A stretch of 64,000 nt of DNA from Clostridia bacterium (GTDB taxonomy: Bacteria > Bacillota > Clostridia > Oscillospirales > CAG-272): positions 1,236-65,235 of the forward strand of contig JAFTZI010000007.1 of the NCBI GenBank assembly GCA_017461055.1. Direction: 5' to 3'. The position numbers and the translations under genes were made by a program. Positions within the stretch are counted from its first letter, which is position 1. Every line of letters begins with the position of its first letter. The notes below the pieces were generated by a model. It did no database searches. It worked only from the letters and a program-made list of their open reading frames with translations, and had not been told where the DNA came from. This document shows positions 53,082-63,087 of the stretch, one piece after another.

Positions 53082-55505
53082 TTACTTAACGCTTTTTAAA
53101 TTCCAAATATTATCAGCGTATTCCTTTATGCTTCTATCCGCAGCAAAGAATCCTGACTTGGCAATATTCACAAGCGACATTTTTCCCCACTGTTCTTTGT
53201 TGTTATAAGCCTTTATAATTTCTTCAGATCTAATATAGTATGAATCAAAATCAGCAAGACACATATAAGGGTCAGCAACGCCCCCAAATCCACCGATTAG
53301 GTAGTTGGCAATATTGGAGAACGATACACCGTTAAAGCCCTTGTTCAGACGGTCTACAGCTTTCTTAATACGGGTGCTGTTATTGTAGAAATCAATTGAA
53401 CGGTAGCCTCTTTCCCAAAGGTCGTCAACTTCCTTAGCAGTAAGACCGAATATAAATATATTGTCGTCTCCAACCGCATCCTTCATTTCTACATTAGCAC
53501 CGTCAAGAGTTCCTATTGTAAGCGCACCGTTCATCATAAACTTCATACAACCGGTACCACTTGCCTCTTTACCGGCTAATGAAATTTGTTCACTTATTTC
53601 AGAAGCAGGCATCAAAACCTCAGCTGTACTAACATTATAATCCTCAAGATATACAACTGATAGCTTATCCTTAACCTTCGGATTCTTTCTGATATCCTCG
53701 CCAAGATTCCAAATCAACTTGATAATGTCCTTTGCCATATAGTATCCGGGAGCAGCCTTACCACCGAAAATGAAGGTCCTCTTTGTAAAATCTCTTTCGG
53801 GATGCTCTTCAATGTCAACATAATAGAAAATAATTTTCAAAGCGTTGAGAAGCTGACGCTTATACTCGTGCATTCTCTTTACTTGTACATCAAATACAGA
53901 AGATGTATCAAGGCTATAACCTGTTTTGTTGAAAATGTATTTAGAGAGCTTTATTTTGTTATTTTCTTTAATTTCGGCAAGACGCTTGGTTACTGTATCG
54001 TCACCAACATATTTCATCAGCTTTTCAAGCTCGCTTGGATTTGTGATATAGCCATCGCCTATGCAATCATTGATTAATGATGCAAGCTCCGGATTTGAGT
54101 AATTGAGCCACCTTCTATGAGCAATACCATTAGTTACATTTGTAAACTTATCAGGTGTAGATTTATAAAAATCGTGGAATACAGTTTTTTTCAAAATATC
54201 CGAGTGAAGTTTGGAAACACCGTTAACTGTATGGGAAGCAACAACACTCAAATTAGCCATTCTTACCTGTGAGTAGGCGATAATTGCCATTTTTGATATT
54301 CTGTCCCAATCACCCGGATATGCTTGCCATAAATTCTCGCACAAACGGCGGTTAATTTCCTTAACAATTGAGTGAATTCTTGGGAGCTTAAAGCTGAATA
54401 AATCCTCATTCCAGCACTCCAATGCTTCAGGCATTACGGTGTGGTTGGTATAAGAAACAGTTTTTGTAACAATATACCAAGCATCTTCCCATGAATAATT
54501 GTAAATATCCATAAGAATTCTCATAAGCTCGGGAACACATAATGCGGGGTGAGTATCGTTAATATGAATAGATACCTTATCAGCAAAGCCTGCCATTGAG
54601 CCATATGCAGCAATATGGTCGCTTATAATGCTCTGTAAGGATGCAGAAACAAGGAAATATTGTTGGCTCAAACGAAGAAGCTTTCCTTCGGTATGCTCGT
54701 CAGATGGATATAAAACCTTGGAAATTACCTCTGCATTTGTTGTTTGTTGAATAGCTTTTACATATTGACCCTGCGAAAACAGGTTCATATTAAAGTTAGT
54801 AACGTCATGTGCCTTCCATAAACGAAGTCTGTTAACAGCAGTTCCTGCGCCAGAAATCATCATATCGTATGGAACAGCCTCAACCTCTTCATAGTTTTCA
54901 TACTTAATTGCCAGTCTGCCGTTTTCCCATTCTTCCTTAATATGACCGCCAAAGCGAACTGTAAATTTCTTATCGGTTCTTGGAACGAGCCACGATTCTC
55001 CTCCCGGAAGCCAGGTGTCAGGCAATTCTACCTGATTACCGTCAATTATTTTTTGCTTGAACAAGCCATATTCATAAAGAATAGAAAATCCATCGCCCGG
55101 ATAGTTCAAGGATGTAAGAGAGTCCATAAAGCAAGCCGCAAGTCTACCCAAGCCACCGTTGCCAAGGCCCGGGTCCGGTTCCATTTCATAAATATCATTT
55201 ATGTCAAAGCCATAATCTCTCAATACCTCGTCATAGTAATCTGCTATACCTAAATTTCTTAAATTATTTTTCAAAGAACGTCCAATTAAGAACTCCATAC
55301 AAAGGTAATATACCTTTTTAGCCTGCGCTTTCTTTACCTGACGCTTAAAGCATGATCTCTTCTGAGTAAGAATGTCTTTAACAGTAAGGATTGTTGCTTT
55401 GTAAATTTGCTCCTTATTAGCATCCTCAGCATTAACGCCAAAATATCTGGAAAGCTTTAATTCAAGTGCTTCCTTAACTGTTTCTTTTGAAAAAACCTGG
55501 TTCAT
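53082..55505 (-). CDS. glgP: glycogen/maltodextrin phosphorylase
   Basis: 807 aa with the GT35 PLP-lysine region EASGTGCMKFMMNGA and a typical N-terminal pattern. Confidence 0.95.
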   Translation of the reverse strand: MNQVFSKETVKEALELKLSRYFGVNAEDANKEQIYKATILTVKDILTQKRSCFKRQVKKAQAKKVYYLCMEFLIGRSLKNNLRNLGIADYYDEVLRDYGFDINDIYEMEPDPGLGNGGLGRLAACFMDSLTSLNYPGDGFSILYEYGLFKQKIIDGNQVELPDTWLPGGESWLVPRTDKKFTVRFGGHIKEEWENGRLAIKYENYEEVEAVPYDMMISGAGTAVNRLRLWKAHDVTNFNMNLFSQGQYVKAIQQTTNAEVISKVLYPSDEHTEGKLLRLSQQYFLVSASLQSIISDHIAAYGSMAGFADKVSIHINDTHPALCVPELMRILMDIYNYSWEDAWYIVTKTVSYTNHTVMPEALECWNEDLFSFKLPRIHSIVKEINRRLCENLWQAYPGDWDRISKMAIIAYSQVRMANLSVVASHTVNGVSKLHSDILKKTVFHDFYKSTPDKFTNVTNGIAHRRWLNYSNPELASLINDCIGDGYITNPSELEKLMKYVGDDTVTKRLAEIKENNKIKLSKYIFNKTGYSLDTSSVFDVQVKRMHEYKRQLLNALKIIFYYVDIEEHPERDFTKRTFIFGGKAAPGYYMAKDIIKLIWNLGEDIRKNPKVKDKLSVVYLEDYNVSTAEVLMPASEISEQISLAGKEASGTGCMKFMMNGALTIGTLDGANVEMKDAVGDDNIFIFGLTAKEVDDLWERGYRSIDFYNNSTRIKKAVDRLNKGFNGVSFSNIANYLIGGFGGVADPYMCLADFDSYYIRSEEIIKAYNNKEQWGKMSLVNIAKSGFFAADRSIKEYADNIWNLKSVK

Positions 55506-55564
55506 TAACTTTTTCTCCTGTGATTAACTACAAATATTTACATTTTTTGCCTTATAATTAGTAC

Positions 55565-55593
55565 ACTGTCCCGTAAGACACTTACGGGACAGT
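55565..55593 (-). other. perfect 13-bp GC-rich intercistronic hairpin (glgA-glgP), with no U-tract
   Basis: actgtcccgtaag (55565-55577) pairs with cttacgggacagt (55581-55593) around a 3-nt loop. The minus-strand 3' flank is GTACTAATTATAAGG, which is not U-rich. Confidence 0.5.
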
Positions 55594-55598
55594 ACTCC

Positions 55599-57038
55599 CT
55601 AATATTCGTTAGAAAGGTCGTTATAAAGCCTTAAGTATTCTTTTGCTGAAGCACTCCAGGAAAAATCAACTTCCATAACCTTCTTGGTAAGAGCATTCCA
55701 TTTTTCCTTGTCATTGAAAAGCTCAACTGCACGTGCAACAGCATCCTTCATTTCGTGTGCGTTATAATTAGCAAAGGTAAAGCCATTGCCCTCTGCTGTA
55801 TAAATATTATATGGCTTTATTGTGTCATACAGTCCACCTGTTTCTCTAACAACAGGAACTGCTCCGTACACAGATGAAATCATTTGAGAGAGGCCGCAAG
55901 GCTCGCTCTTGGATGGCATTAAGAATATATCAGAGCCAGCATATATCTTCTTAGATAAATCCTTATTAAACTCAAGGAAAATCTTGACCTGCTTCGGATA
56001 TCTATACTGTATAGTTCTAAAATATTCTTCAAGCTCTCTTTCACCTGTGCCAAGTAAAACAAACTGAATGCCAAGGCTTAGCATTTCCGGTAAGATAAAC
56101 TTTACTAAATCAAATCCCTTATGAGAAGCAAGTCTTGAAATCATAGAAACAACGGGAATATTCGGGTTTTGCTCAAGTCCGCACATTTCTTGAAGTATTC
56201 TCTTACATTCAGCCTTACCGTCGAGCTTCTTAGAACTGAATTTAGAAGCAATTACCTCATCGTTTTGGGGATTATAATAGTTTACATCTATACCGTTAAC
56301 GATTCCACATAGCTTACCGTTATAAAGATGCAAAACATAATGTAATCCGCTTGAATAAAATTCGGTTTGAATTTCATCAGCATACTTTTGGCTAACGGTA
56401 GAAATTCTGTCTGTACATACAATGGCACCCTTTGTCAGGTTTATACTGCCATTATATTCAACAATGCTTTTATCTCCAGCACCATCAAGGCCGAAAACAT
56501 CTCCCAAAATCGACATTGAAAAGATACCTTGGTAATCTATATTATGGATGGTATAAATGGTTTTTATGTCACGAAAATGCGGTTGTAAATAATATTTTCT
56601 TTTGAGGTATATAATTGATGTTGCACTTTGCCAATCATTTGCATGCAAAATATCTGGATAAAAGTCAATTATTGGCATAATATCCAAAACTGCTTTACCA
56701 AAGAACGCAAATCTCTCAGCATCGTCAAAATCGCCATATATGCTTTCTCTTTTGAAGTAATACTCATTATCGATGAAATAATAAGTTACACCGTTATTTT
56801 CGCATTTGAAAAGACCGCAATACTGCTTTCTCCAAGAAAGCTCAACTGTAGTATCTCCAATAAATTCAAGAGTAGACGCGAATTTATCCTTAATTTTTTT
56901 ATAAAGCGGAAGTATTACGCGAACGTCTGCATCCGGGTCAGCAGACTTTACTGCTTGAGGCAAAGAGCCCAATACATCACCAAGTCCACCTGTTGAAATA
57001 TACGGAACAGCTTCGCCGCCAACAAATAGTAGCTTCAT
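55599..57038 (-). CDS. glgA: glycogen synthase (ADP-glucose type)
   Basis: 479 aa. The N-terminus MKLLFVGGEAVPYISTGGLGDV carries the KxGGL-type motif, and the fold pattern is GT5. Confidence 0.95.
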   Translation of the reverse strand: MKLLFVGGEAVPYISTGGLGDVLGSLPQAVKSADPDADVRVILPLYKKIKDKFASTLEFIGDTTVELSWRKQYCGLFKCENNGVTYYFIDNEYYFKRESIYGDFDDAERFAFFGKAVLDIMPIIDFYPDILHANDWQSATSIIYLKRKYYLQPHFRDIKTIYTIHNIDYQGIFSMSILGDVFGLDGAGDKSIVEYNGSINLTKGAIVCTDRISTVSQKYADEIQTEFYSSGLHYVLHLYNGKLCGIVNGIDVNYYNPQNDEVIASKFSSKKLDGKAECKRILQEMCGLEQNPNIPVVSMISRLASHKGFDLVKFILPEMLSLGIQFVLLGTGERELEEYFRTIQYRYPKQVKIFLEFNKDLSKKIYAGSDIFLMPSKSEPCGLSQMISSVYGAVPVVRETGGLYDTIKPYNIYTAEGNGFTFANYNAHEMKDAVARAVELFNDKEKWNALTKKVMEVDFSWSASAKEYLRLYNDLSNEY

Positions 57039-57048
57039 ATTAATCTCC

Positions 57049-58182
57049 TTATATCATCTTGCCCTTTGACAAATAGAAAGGCAAGGTTTCATCACCTGAT
57101 AAATTCTTATTGTCTCTAATAACAACATTTTTGTCCGCAATTACACAGTTTAATTTAACATTTTCTCCTGTGAATGTGTCTTGGAACAGAATACAATTTT
57201 TAACAACTGTTCCTTTGCCAATTTTTGTTCCTCTGAAAATAATTGAGTTTTCAACCTCACCAAAAATTTGACAACCATCTGCTATCAATGAATTTTTAAC
57301 CTTAGCATCAGGACTGTAATATGTAGGGGCAGAGTTTCTAACCTTAGTATAAATAGGTCTGTTTTTAACTCCAAACAGTTGCTTTCTTACGTCGCTATCA
57401 TTAATTAATTCCATGCTCGATGCGTAGTAATCCTGTGAAGAAGAAATACAAGCAAAATATCCATCATATCTATATGTACGATAAACATTTCTGTTAATAT
57501 TCTTCAGAAGAATGTCCTTGGTTAAGCTTGTATAATTATGAGCAATAGCATCAAGAACAATTTCTTGCAAATATCGTCTGTGCATTACCATAATATTCAA
57601 ATTAATATCTGCTTCACCCTCGAAATTAGTAAGACCGGCCTTTACGTCCGTTACTCTACCGTTTTCATCAGAATCAATTAAAACATTAATTTTAGCTTTT
57701 TCTTTAGTTAAATTAACCTTTTTTACTGCTATTGTTATGTCGGCACCGTTTTCAATATGGTTTCTAATCATATCCTTCAAATCAACGTTGCAAATAACAT
57801 CACAGTCAGATAAAACAACATAATCATCAGGAATTTTGCTAATAGAACTAAATACGCTCTTAAGAGCTTCAAGTCTGGTGCTGTACAATGAATTAGAGCT
57901 GTTAGCATATGCGGTAATAAACGGTGGCAAAATTTTAATGCCTCCAGACCTTCTTGCCAAATCCCAGTCCTTACCTGAACCAATGTGGTCCATCAAAGAT
58001 TGGTAATTATAGTGTGTAATAACGCTTATGTTATTGATGTTAGAGTTAACCATATTGGATAAAGTAAAGTCTATGAGCCTGTACCTACAACCAAACGGAA
58101 CAGAAGCCATCGTTCTGTTTCTTGTTAGCTCCGGTATATTATTATCATGAATGTTAGAAAAAATTATTCCTGCAGCTGACAT
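57049..58182 (-). CDS. glgD: glucose-1-phosphate adenylyltransferase, GlgD subunit
   Basis: 377 aa. It is a GlgC paralog lacking the GGxGxRL motif (AGIIFSNIHD instead) with a left-handed beta-helix C-terminus. It is in the conserved position after glgC. Confidence 0.9.
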   Translation of the reverse strand: MSAAGIIFSNIHDNNIPELTRNRTMASVPFGCRYRLIDFTLSNMVNSNINNISVITHYNYQSLMDHIGSGKDWDLARRSGGIKILPPFITAYANSSNSLYSTRLEALKSVFSSISKIPDDYVVLSDCDVICNVDLKDMIRNHIENGADITIAVKKVNLTKEKAKINVLIDSDENGRVTDVKAGLTNFEGEADINLNIMVMHRRYLQEIVLDAIAHNYTSLTKDILLKNINRNVYRTYRYDGYFACISSSQDYYASSMELINDSDVRKQLFGVKNRPIYTKVRNSAPTYYSPDAKVKNSLIADGCQIFGEVENSIIFRGTKIGKGTVVKNCILFQDTFTGENVKLNCVIADKNVVIRDNKNLSGDETLPFYLSKGKMI

Positions 58183-58197
58183 TTCATTTACCCTCCC

Positions 58198-59412
58198 TTA
58201 TTTCAATATAACGGAAACACCGTCAACAGAATCATTATTAATCATTGCATCAGAAGCAATTACCACATTTGGTTCAACACAAAGACCTGAGCCGATAACA
58301 GCTATTCCCTTTGCGCTTTCCGCATCTTCACCAACAATAGCATTTTCTGAAATAATGCTATCGCCGTCAATTATTGAATAGTTAACTACTGCGCCGGATT
58401 TTATTACTGTGTTGCTCATAATAACAGAATCCTTGACAATTGCTCCCTTTTCAACTACTACACCGTTGGAAAGAACGCTATGCTCGACAGTACCCTGAAT
58501 TTCACAGCCCTCAGAAATAATAGAGTTAGAAACAGAAGCCTCTTCGCCGATATGATGTGGCGGTTCTGCGTAGTTTCTTGAGAAAATTCTCCAGGTCTTG
58601 TCGTGAATGTTAAAGGCAGGAGCTTCGCCTAATAAATCCATATTTGCTTCCCACAAGCTGCTAATAGTTCCAACATCCTTCCAATAGCCCTCAAATGGAT
58701 AAGCATACATGCTCATACCGTCATTTAACATATTTGGAATTATATTTTTACCAAAGTCATTGTTTGAGCCGGGAGTGTTTTCATCATCAATAAGGTACTT
58801 TTCAAGAACCTTGCGATTAAATATGTAAATACCCATAGAAGCCTTTGTGCTTGTAGGGTTTTTAGGCTTTTCTTGAAACTCGGTAATTTTACCTGTTTCG
58901 TCAGTTACCATAATACCAAATCTGCTTGCTTCGGAAAGCGGAACCTCCAAAACGGCAATTGTACAATCAGCACCTGAGCTCTTGTGTGCCTTTAACATAG
59001 AGTTATAGTCCATTTTGTAAATGTGGTCACCTGATAAGATCAACACATAATCCGGATCATAACGTCTGATAAAGTCTAAATTCTGATAAATAGCATTAGC
59101 TGTACCTTTGTACCAATCAGCACCGTTTTTACCTTGATACGGTGGCAAAATCATAACGCCACCACTCATCCTGTCTAAATCCCAAGGCTGACCGTTACCA
59201 ATATATTCATTCAGCACTAATGGCTGATATTGAGTTAACACACCGACTGTATCAATTCCAGAGTTAATACAGTTAGACATTGGAAAGTCAATGATTTTGT
59301 ATTTACTGCCAAAAGTAACAGCCGGTTTAGCTGTTTTTTCAGTTAAAGCATAAAGTCTGCTTCCTTGTCCACCTGCCAATAGCATTGCAACGCATTCTTT
59401 TTTCTTGTACAT
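58198..59412 (-). CDS. glgC: glucose-1-phosphate adenylyltransferase
   Basis: [10 protein letters not shown] motif. I trimmed the start to the ATG at 59412 ([15 protein letters not shown]...), 4 nt after the glgB stop, with the SD AAGGAGAG upstream. Confidence 0.93.
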   Translation of the reverse strand: MYKKKECVAMLLAGGQGSRLYALTEKTAKPAVTFGSKYKIIDFPMSNCINSGIDTVGVLTQYQPLVLNEYIGNGQPWDLDRMSGGVMILPPYQGKNGADWYKGTANAIYQNLDFIRRYDPDYVLILSGDHIYKMDYNSMLKAHKSSGADCTIAVLEVPLSEASRFGIMVTDETGKITEFQEKPKNPTSTKASMGIYIFNRKVLEKYLIDDENTPGSNNDFGKNIIPNMLNDGMSMYAYPFEGYWKDVGTISSLWEANMDLLGEAPAFNIHDKTWRIFSRNYAEPPHHIGEEASVSNSIISEGCEIQGTVEHSVLSNGVVVEKGAIVKDSVIMSNTVIKSGAVVNYSIIDGDSIISENAIVGEDAESAKGIAVIGSGLCVEPNVVIASDAMINNDSVDGVSVILK

Positions 59413-59416
59413 ATAC

Positions 59417-61396
59417 CTATACTCTCCTTGCCCTTCCATTAACCTTGCGAATTACAATACCGCTTAGTGCTGGAAGATTAATATTAATATAATGATTTTC
59501 TTTGCCGGACTGATTTTGGTATTTTGCTGTTTTTAAAATTTCTCCATTAACGATTCCGTTTCCTCCGAAGCGAGCCTCGTCTGTGGATAAAATCTCTTTG
59601 TATTTTCCCGGCATTTCAACCGGTATGCCATAATTTTCTCTCGTGACGGGAGCAAAATTTATAACCACAATTAATTCAGAGGAATCAATGGCTTTACGCT
59701 TATACGAAATAATGTTATTATCTCCGTCATTTGCGTTAATCCATTCAAAGCCGTCCCATGAAGTGTCTATTTCCCAAAGAGACTTGTTTTCTAAATAAAA
59801 ATTATTTATTTCGGCAATAAAGCCTTGCATTTCTTTATGCTTGGGATAATCAAGCATAAACCATTCAAGAGGGTTTTCATAATCCCACTCTCTAAACTGT
59901 GCAAATTCAGTGCCCATGAATGTCATTTTTTTGCCAGGTGTTGTCATCATATATAGCATAAAGGCACGCATTGTGGCAAACTTGTCATTGTAATATGCAC
60001 CGTACATTTTACCAACTAACGATTTCTTTCCATGAACCACTTCATCGTGAGACACAGGCAATATATAATTCTCATTAAACGCGTACATCATTGGAAATGT
60101 TAGCTTATCGTGTTTAAATTTTCTATATACAGAATCTGTAGAAAGATAATCGTACATATCATTAGCCCAGCCCATATTCCACTTGAAATTAAAGCCTAAG
60201 CCCCCTTGATATACGGGTTTTGTAATCATCGGCCAATCGGTAGATTCCTCGGCTATCATAAGAGTGTCCCAAAATTCTTTAAAAATAGCTGTGTTCATCT
60301 TTTTGAAAAATGCAACTGATTCTTTATTTTGATTTCCGCCTTCATTATTTGGAACCCATTCGCCCGGGTCCTTATCAAAATCAAGATAAAGCATTGCCGC
60401 AACAGCATCTACTCTTAATCCATCTACGTGATACTTTCTCAGCCAAAACAGTGCGTTAGATATTAAAAAGGACTGAACCTCTTCTCTGCCAACGTCGAAG
60501 AACCTTGTTCCCCAAACCTTATGCTCCATACGGTCATGACCTTGATATTCATATAAGGGTTGTCCATCAAATTCATAAAGACCGTGAGCGTCCTTGGGAA
60601 AATGAGCAGGAACCCAATCAAGAATTACTCCTATACCGCATTCGTGCATTTTATTGACAAAATACATAAAATCACAAGGCTCGCCAAATCGAGAGGTAGG
60701 AGCGTAATAACCTGTTACCTGATATCCCCACGAACCATCAAAAGGATGCTCCATAACCGGCATAAGCTCAACATGGGTATAACCCATTTTTTTCAAGTAA
60801 GGAGCTAAATCATCCGCTATTTCCCGATAGTTTAAATAATTCTCTCCTCCGACAGTAGATTTTCCCTCTTTCGTTTTCCAAGAACCAAGATGCATTTCAT
60901 AAACATTCAGAGGTGCGGAAAAGTAGTACTTTTCTGCATATGTTCCACTGTTTTTGTTAAAGAAGGTTTTTCTGTAATTTAACCAATTTGCATCGCTCCA
61001 CTCGAAGTTGTCAATATTAGTGACAATGGAAGCGGTATTCAAATGAGTTTGAGAATAAAAAGCATAAGGGTCTGCTTTATAGTAAGCATTTCCTTTGTTC
61101 CAAATTTTAAATTTATAAAATTTTCCTGTAAGTCGCTTTTTAGAGGTGATAATAAGCTCCCAAATACCGGCATCGGTAATTCGGCTCATAGCCTCACCTA
61201 TATCCCATGATGTAAAATCAGAAACTAATCTAACACTGTCAGCATTGGGCGCCCAAACACGAAAGGCATACAGATAATCGTTTCCCTCTTTTATCTCGTG
61301 GCAGCCTAAATAATCATAAGCGTTATAATTTGTTCCTTGATGAAAATAATACGCAGCCAAATTAGATTGATTATTTGATAAATTCAATTTAAACAC
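59417..61396 (-). CDS. glgB: 1,4-alpha-glucan branching enzyme
   Basis: 659 aa with the GH13_9 motifs [11 protein letters not shown] and IAEEST. The track start is a GTG. The TTG at 61387, with GGCGGTG 6 nt upstream, is an alternative start. Confidence 0.95.
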   Translation of the reverse strand: MFKLNLSNNQSNLAAYYFHQGTNYNAYDYLGCHEIKEGNDYLYAFRVWAPNADSVRLVSDFTSWDIGEAMSRITDAGIWELIITSKKRLTGKFYKFKIWNKGNAYYKADPYAFYSQTHLNTASIVTNIDNFEWSDANWLNYRKTFFNKNSGTYAEKYYFSAPLNVYEMHLGSWKTKEGKSTVGGENYLNYREIADDLAPYLKKMGYTHVELMPVMEHPFDGSWGYQVTGYYAPTSRFGEPCDFMYFVNKMHECGIGVILDWVPAHFPKDAHGLYEFDGQPLYEYQGHDRMEHKVWGTRFFDVGREEVQSFLISNALFWLRKYHVDGLRVDAVAAMLYLDFDKDPGEWVPNNEGGNQNKESVAFFKKMNTAIFKEFWDTLMIAEESTDWPMITKPVYQGGLGFNFKWNMGWANDMYDYLSTDSVYRKFKHDKLTFPMMYAFNENYILPVSHDEVVHGKKSLVGKMYGAYYNDKFATMRAFMLYMMTTPGKKMTFMGTEFAQFREWDYENPLEWFMLDYPKHKEMQGFIAEINNFYLENKSLWEIDTSWDGFEWINANDGDNNIISYKRKAIDSSELIVVINFAPVTRENYGIPVEMPGKYKEILSTDEARFGGNGIVNGEILKTAKYQNQSGKENHYININLPALSGIVIRKVNGRARRV

Positions 61397-61419
61397 CGCC
61401 TTTTTAGTTTCATATATAT

Positions 61420-61448
61420 ATTATATTGCTTTTTTAATTTAATTTCAA
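61420..61448 (-). promoter_or_regulatory. sigma-A-type promoter of the glg operon
   Basis: The minus strand reads TTGAAA (61443-61448), a 17-nt spacer, then TATAAT (61420-61425). Confidence 0.45.
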
Positions 61449-61510
61449 TACTTTAATTAATAAAAAATTCAAAAAAAGTAACATTTTACGTCATTTTTTG
61501 AATAATTTCT

Positions 61511-61542
61511 TATAAAAAAACAAAAAAGGCATCAAATGCCTT
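61511..61542 (-). terminator. rho-independent terminator after the GNAT gene
   Basis: Stem aaggcat (61526-61532) pairs with atgcctt (61536-61542), overlapping the stop codon. It is followed on the minus strand by TTTTGTTTTTTT. Confidence 0.65.
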
Positions 61543-62140
61543 AGTTGTATTTATCAAGTAAAATATATTCGCGCTTCAGTATTGATGCTGTACCTATGGT
61601 TCTGTAACGACCCTTGACATACATTGACTCTCTTTGATAGCCCTCAAATTTCATGCCAATTTTGTTCATAACCTTCAGACTTGCATCGTTACCGAAAATA
61701 AATTTAGCCTCAACTCTATTGACCTTTAAAACCTCAAAAGCGAATTTTAAAACTATTTTACACGCCTCTGTGGCAAATCCGTATCCCCAATATTTGGGGT
61801 TAATTACGTATCCGATTTCCGCAACGCTATTATACTCATCTATTCTTGTAAAACCGCAGGTGCCTATCATTTTTTTATTTTCTTTTAAAATAATTGCCCA
61901 ATCGTTATAATCACCGCTTTTATATTTAGACAAAATGATATCAATAAACTTTTTCGTATATTCTAAATTTTCATGTGGAGTCCATAGCAAGAACTGCGAG
62001 GTTTTTGGATTAGACGAATACTCAAAAATGTCCTGAGCATCAGACTTTTTGATTGCCCTGAACATTAATCTATTGGTTTCCATTTCCGGAATTTTAGAAA
62101 AAATTTTAGCTAAAAACTTCAATTCAATTTTCGTCTCCAT
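61541..62140 (-). CDS. GNAT family N-acetyltransferase (RimJ/RimL-like)
   Basis: 199 aa with TNRLMFRAIKKSDAQDIFEY... and a GNAT core (IGYVINPKYWGYGFATEA). An alternative start is the ATG at 62083. Neither start has a clear SD. Confidence 0.85.
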   Translation of the reverse strand: METKIELKFLAKIFSKIPEMETNRLMFRAIKKSDAQDIFEYSSNPKTSQFLLWTPHENLEYTKKFIDIILSKYKSGDYNDWAIILKENKKMIGTCGFTRIDEYNSVAEIGYVINPKYWGYGFATEACKIVLKFAFEVLKVNRVEAKFIFGNDASLKVMNKIGMKFEGYQRESMYVKGRYRTIGTASILKREYILLDKYN

Positions 62141-62157
62141 TCGAAATTTGTCAGTTT

Positions 62158-62186
62158 ATTATATATCACACGAAAAATTTAGTCAA
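62158..62186 (-). promoter_or_regulatory. sigma-A promoter of the GNAT gene
   Basis: The minus strand reads TTGACT (62181-62186), a 17-nt spacer, then TATAAT (62158-62163). The -10 ends only 17 nt before the ATG at 62140. Confidence 0.45.
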
Positions 62187-62193
62187 CAGTAAT

Positions 62194-62214
62194 TTTACAT
62201 TTTTTTGAAAAATT
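62194..62214 (-). repeat. copy B of the 21-nt exact repeat (tttacatttttttgaaaaatt), 7 nt upstream of a -35 box
   Basis: It is identical to 23163-23183 and lies between the divergent GNAT and proC promoters. Confidence 0.6.
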
Positions 62215-62217
62215 ATG

Positions 62218-62246
62218 TTGTGTTTATGCCTTGTTTGTGGTACAAT
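62218..62246 (+). promoter_or_regulatory. candidate promoter of proC
   Basis: The plus strand reads TTGTGT (62218-62223), a 17-nt spacer, then an extended -10 TGgTACAAT (-10 at 62241-62246). Confidence 0.4.
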
Positions 62247-62267
62247 TATTAAAATAATTGAAATAAG

Positions 62268-63077
62268 GTGATAATTTTGAAAAATATTCTTTTCATCGGT
62301 GCCGGTAATATGGCATCAGCTATTGCGGGTGGAATAATTAAATCCCAGTTTATTAATCCCGAAAATATCTATTTATACGATAAAAATGTTGAGCAATATA
62401 ACAAGTTTGACCCATACTGCAATCATTCAAACGATTTGCACAGTGCCTTTAATGGAGCAAGCTTTGTTTTTCTATCAGTTAAGCCTCAAAATATAAAAGA
62501 TGTTTTAAAGGAAATAAGCTCATATGAATATAAGGAAAAAATATTCATATCTATTTGCGCCGGAATCACGATAGAATCTATTGAAAAAATGCTTCCAAAT
62601 GCACAAATCATCAGAACAATGCCAAATGCCCCTTTGCAAATCGGACAGGGAGTTACTGCTCTGTGCAAAAATAACTTAGTTAAAAACGAGGATTTTGAAT
62701 TTGTAAAGTCAATATTCTCTTCTTCGGGTTATGTAACAGAAATTAGTGAAGCTGATATTAACAGCTTAACTGCCATAACATCCAGCTCGCCTGCTTATAT
62801 ATACTTGTTCGTAAAGGGCATGTTGGAGGGTGCAAAGCAGCTTAATTTTAATTATGATGATACCTTAAAAATGATTTGCGCTACCCTAATCGGCTCTGCT
62901 AATATGATTTTGAGCAGTGATAAATCGGTTGATGACCTAATTACCATGGTAAAATCACCAAAAGGAACCACCGAGCAAGCCTTAAATGTCTTTGATGAGC
63001 ATAATTTTGTAGACATTATATCTCAAGCTATGAAAGCTTGTACGAAAAGAGCTGAAGAGCTTTCAAAATTAAATTAA
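62268..63077 (+). CDS. proC: pyrroline-5-carboxylate reductase
   Basis: 269 aa with the NAD(P) motif FIGAGNMASAI and a ProC C-terminal dimerisation pattern (SPKGTTEQAL). The track start is a GTG inside AAGGTGA. The TTG at 62277 (5-nt spacer) may be the real start. Confidence 0.9.
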   Translation: MIILKNILFIGAGNMASAIAGGIIKSQFINPENIYLYDKNVEQYNKFDPYCNHSNDLHSAFNGASFVFLSVKPQNIKDVLKEISSYEYKEKIFISICAGITIESIEKMLPNAQIIRTMPNAPLQIGQGVTALCKNNLVKNEDFEFVKSIFSSSGYVTEISEADINSLTAITSSSPAYIYLFVKGMLEGAKQLNFNYDDTLKMICATLIGSANMILSSDKSVDDLITMVKSPKGTTEQALNVFDEHNFVDIISQAMKACTKRAEELSKLN

Positions 63078-63087
63078 GGAGAAATCA

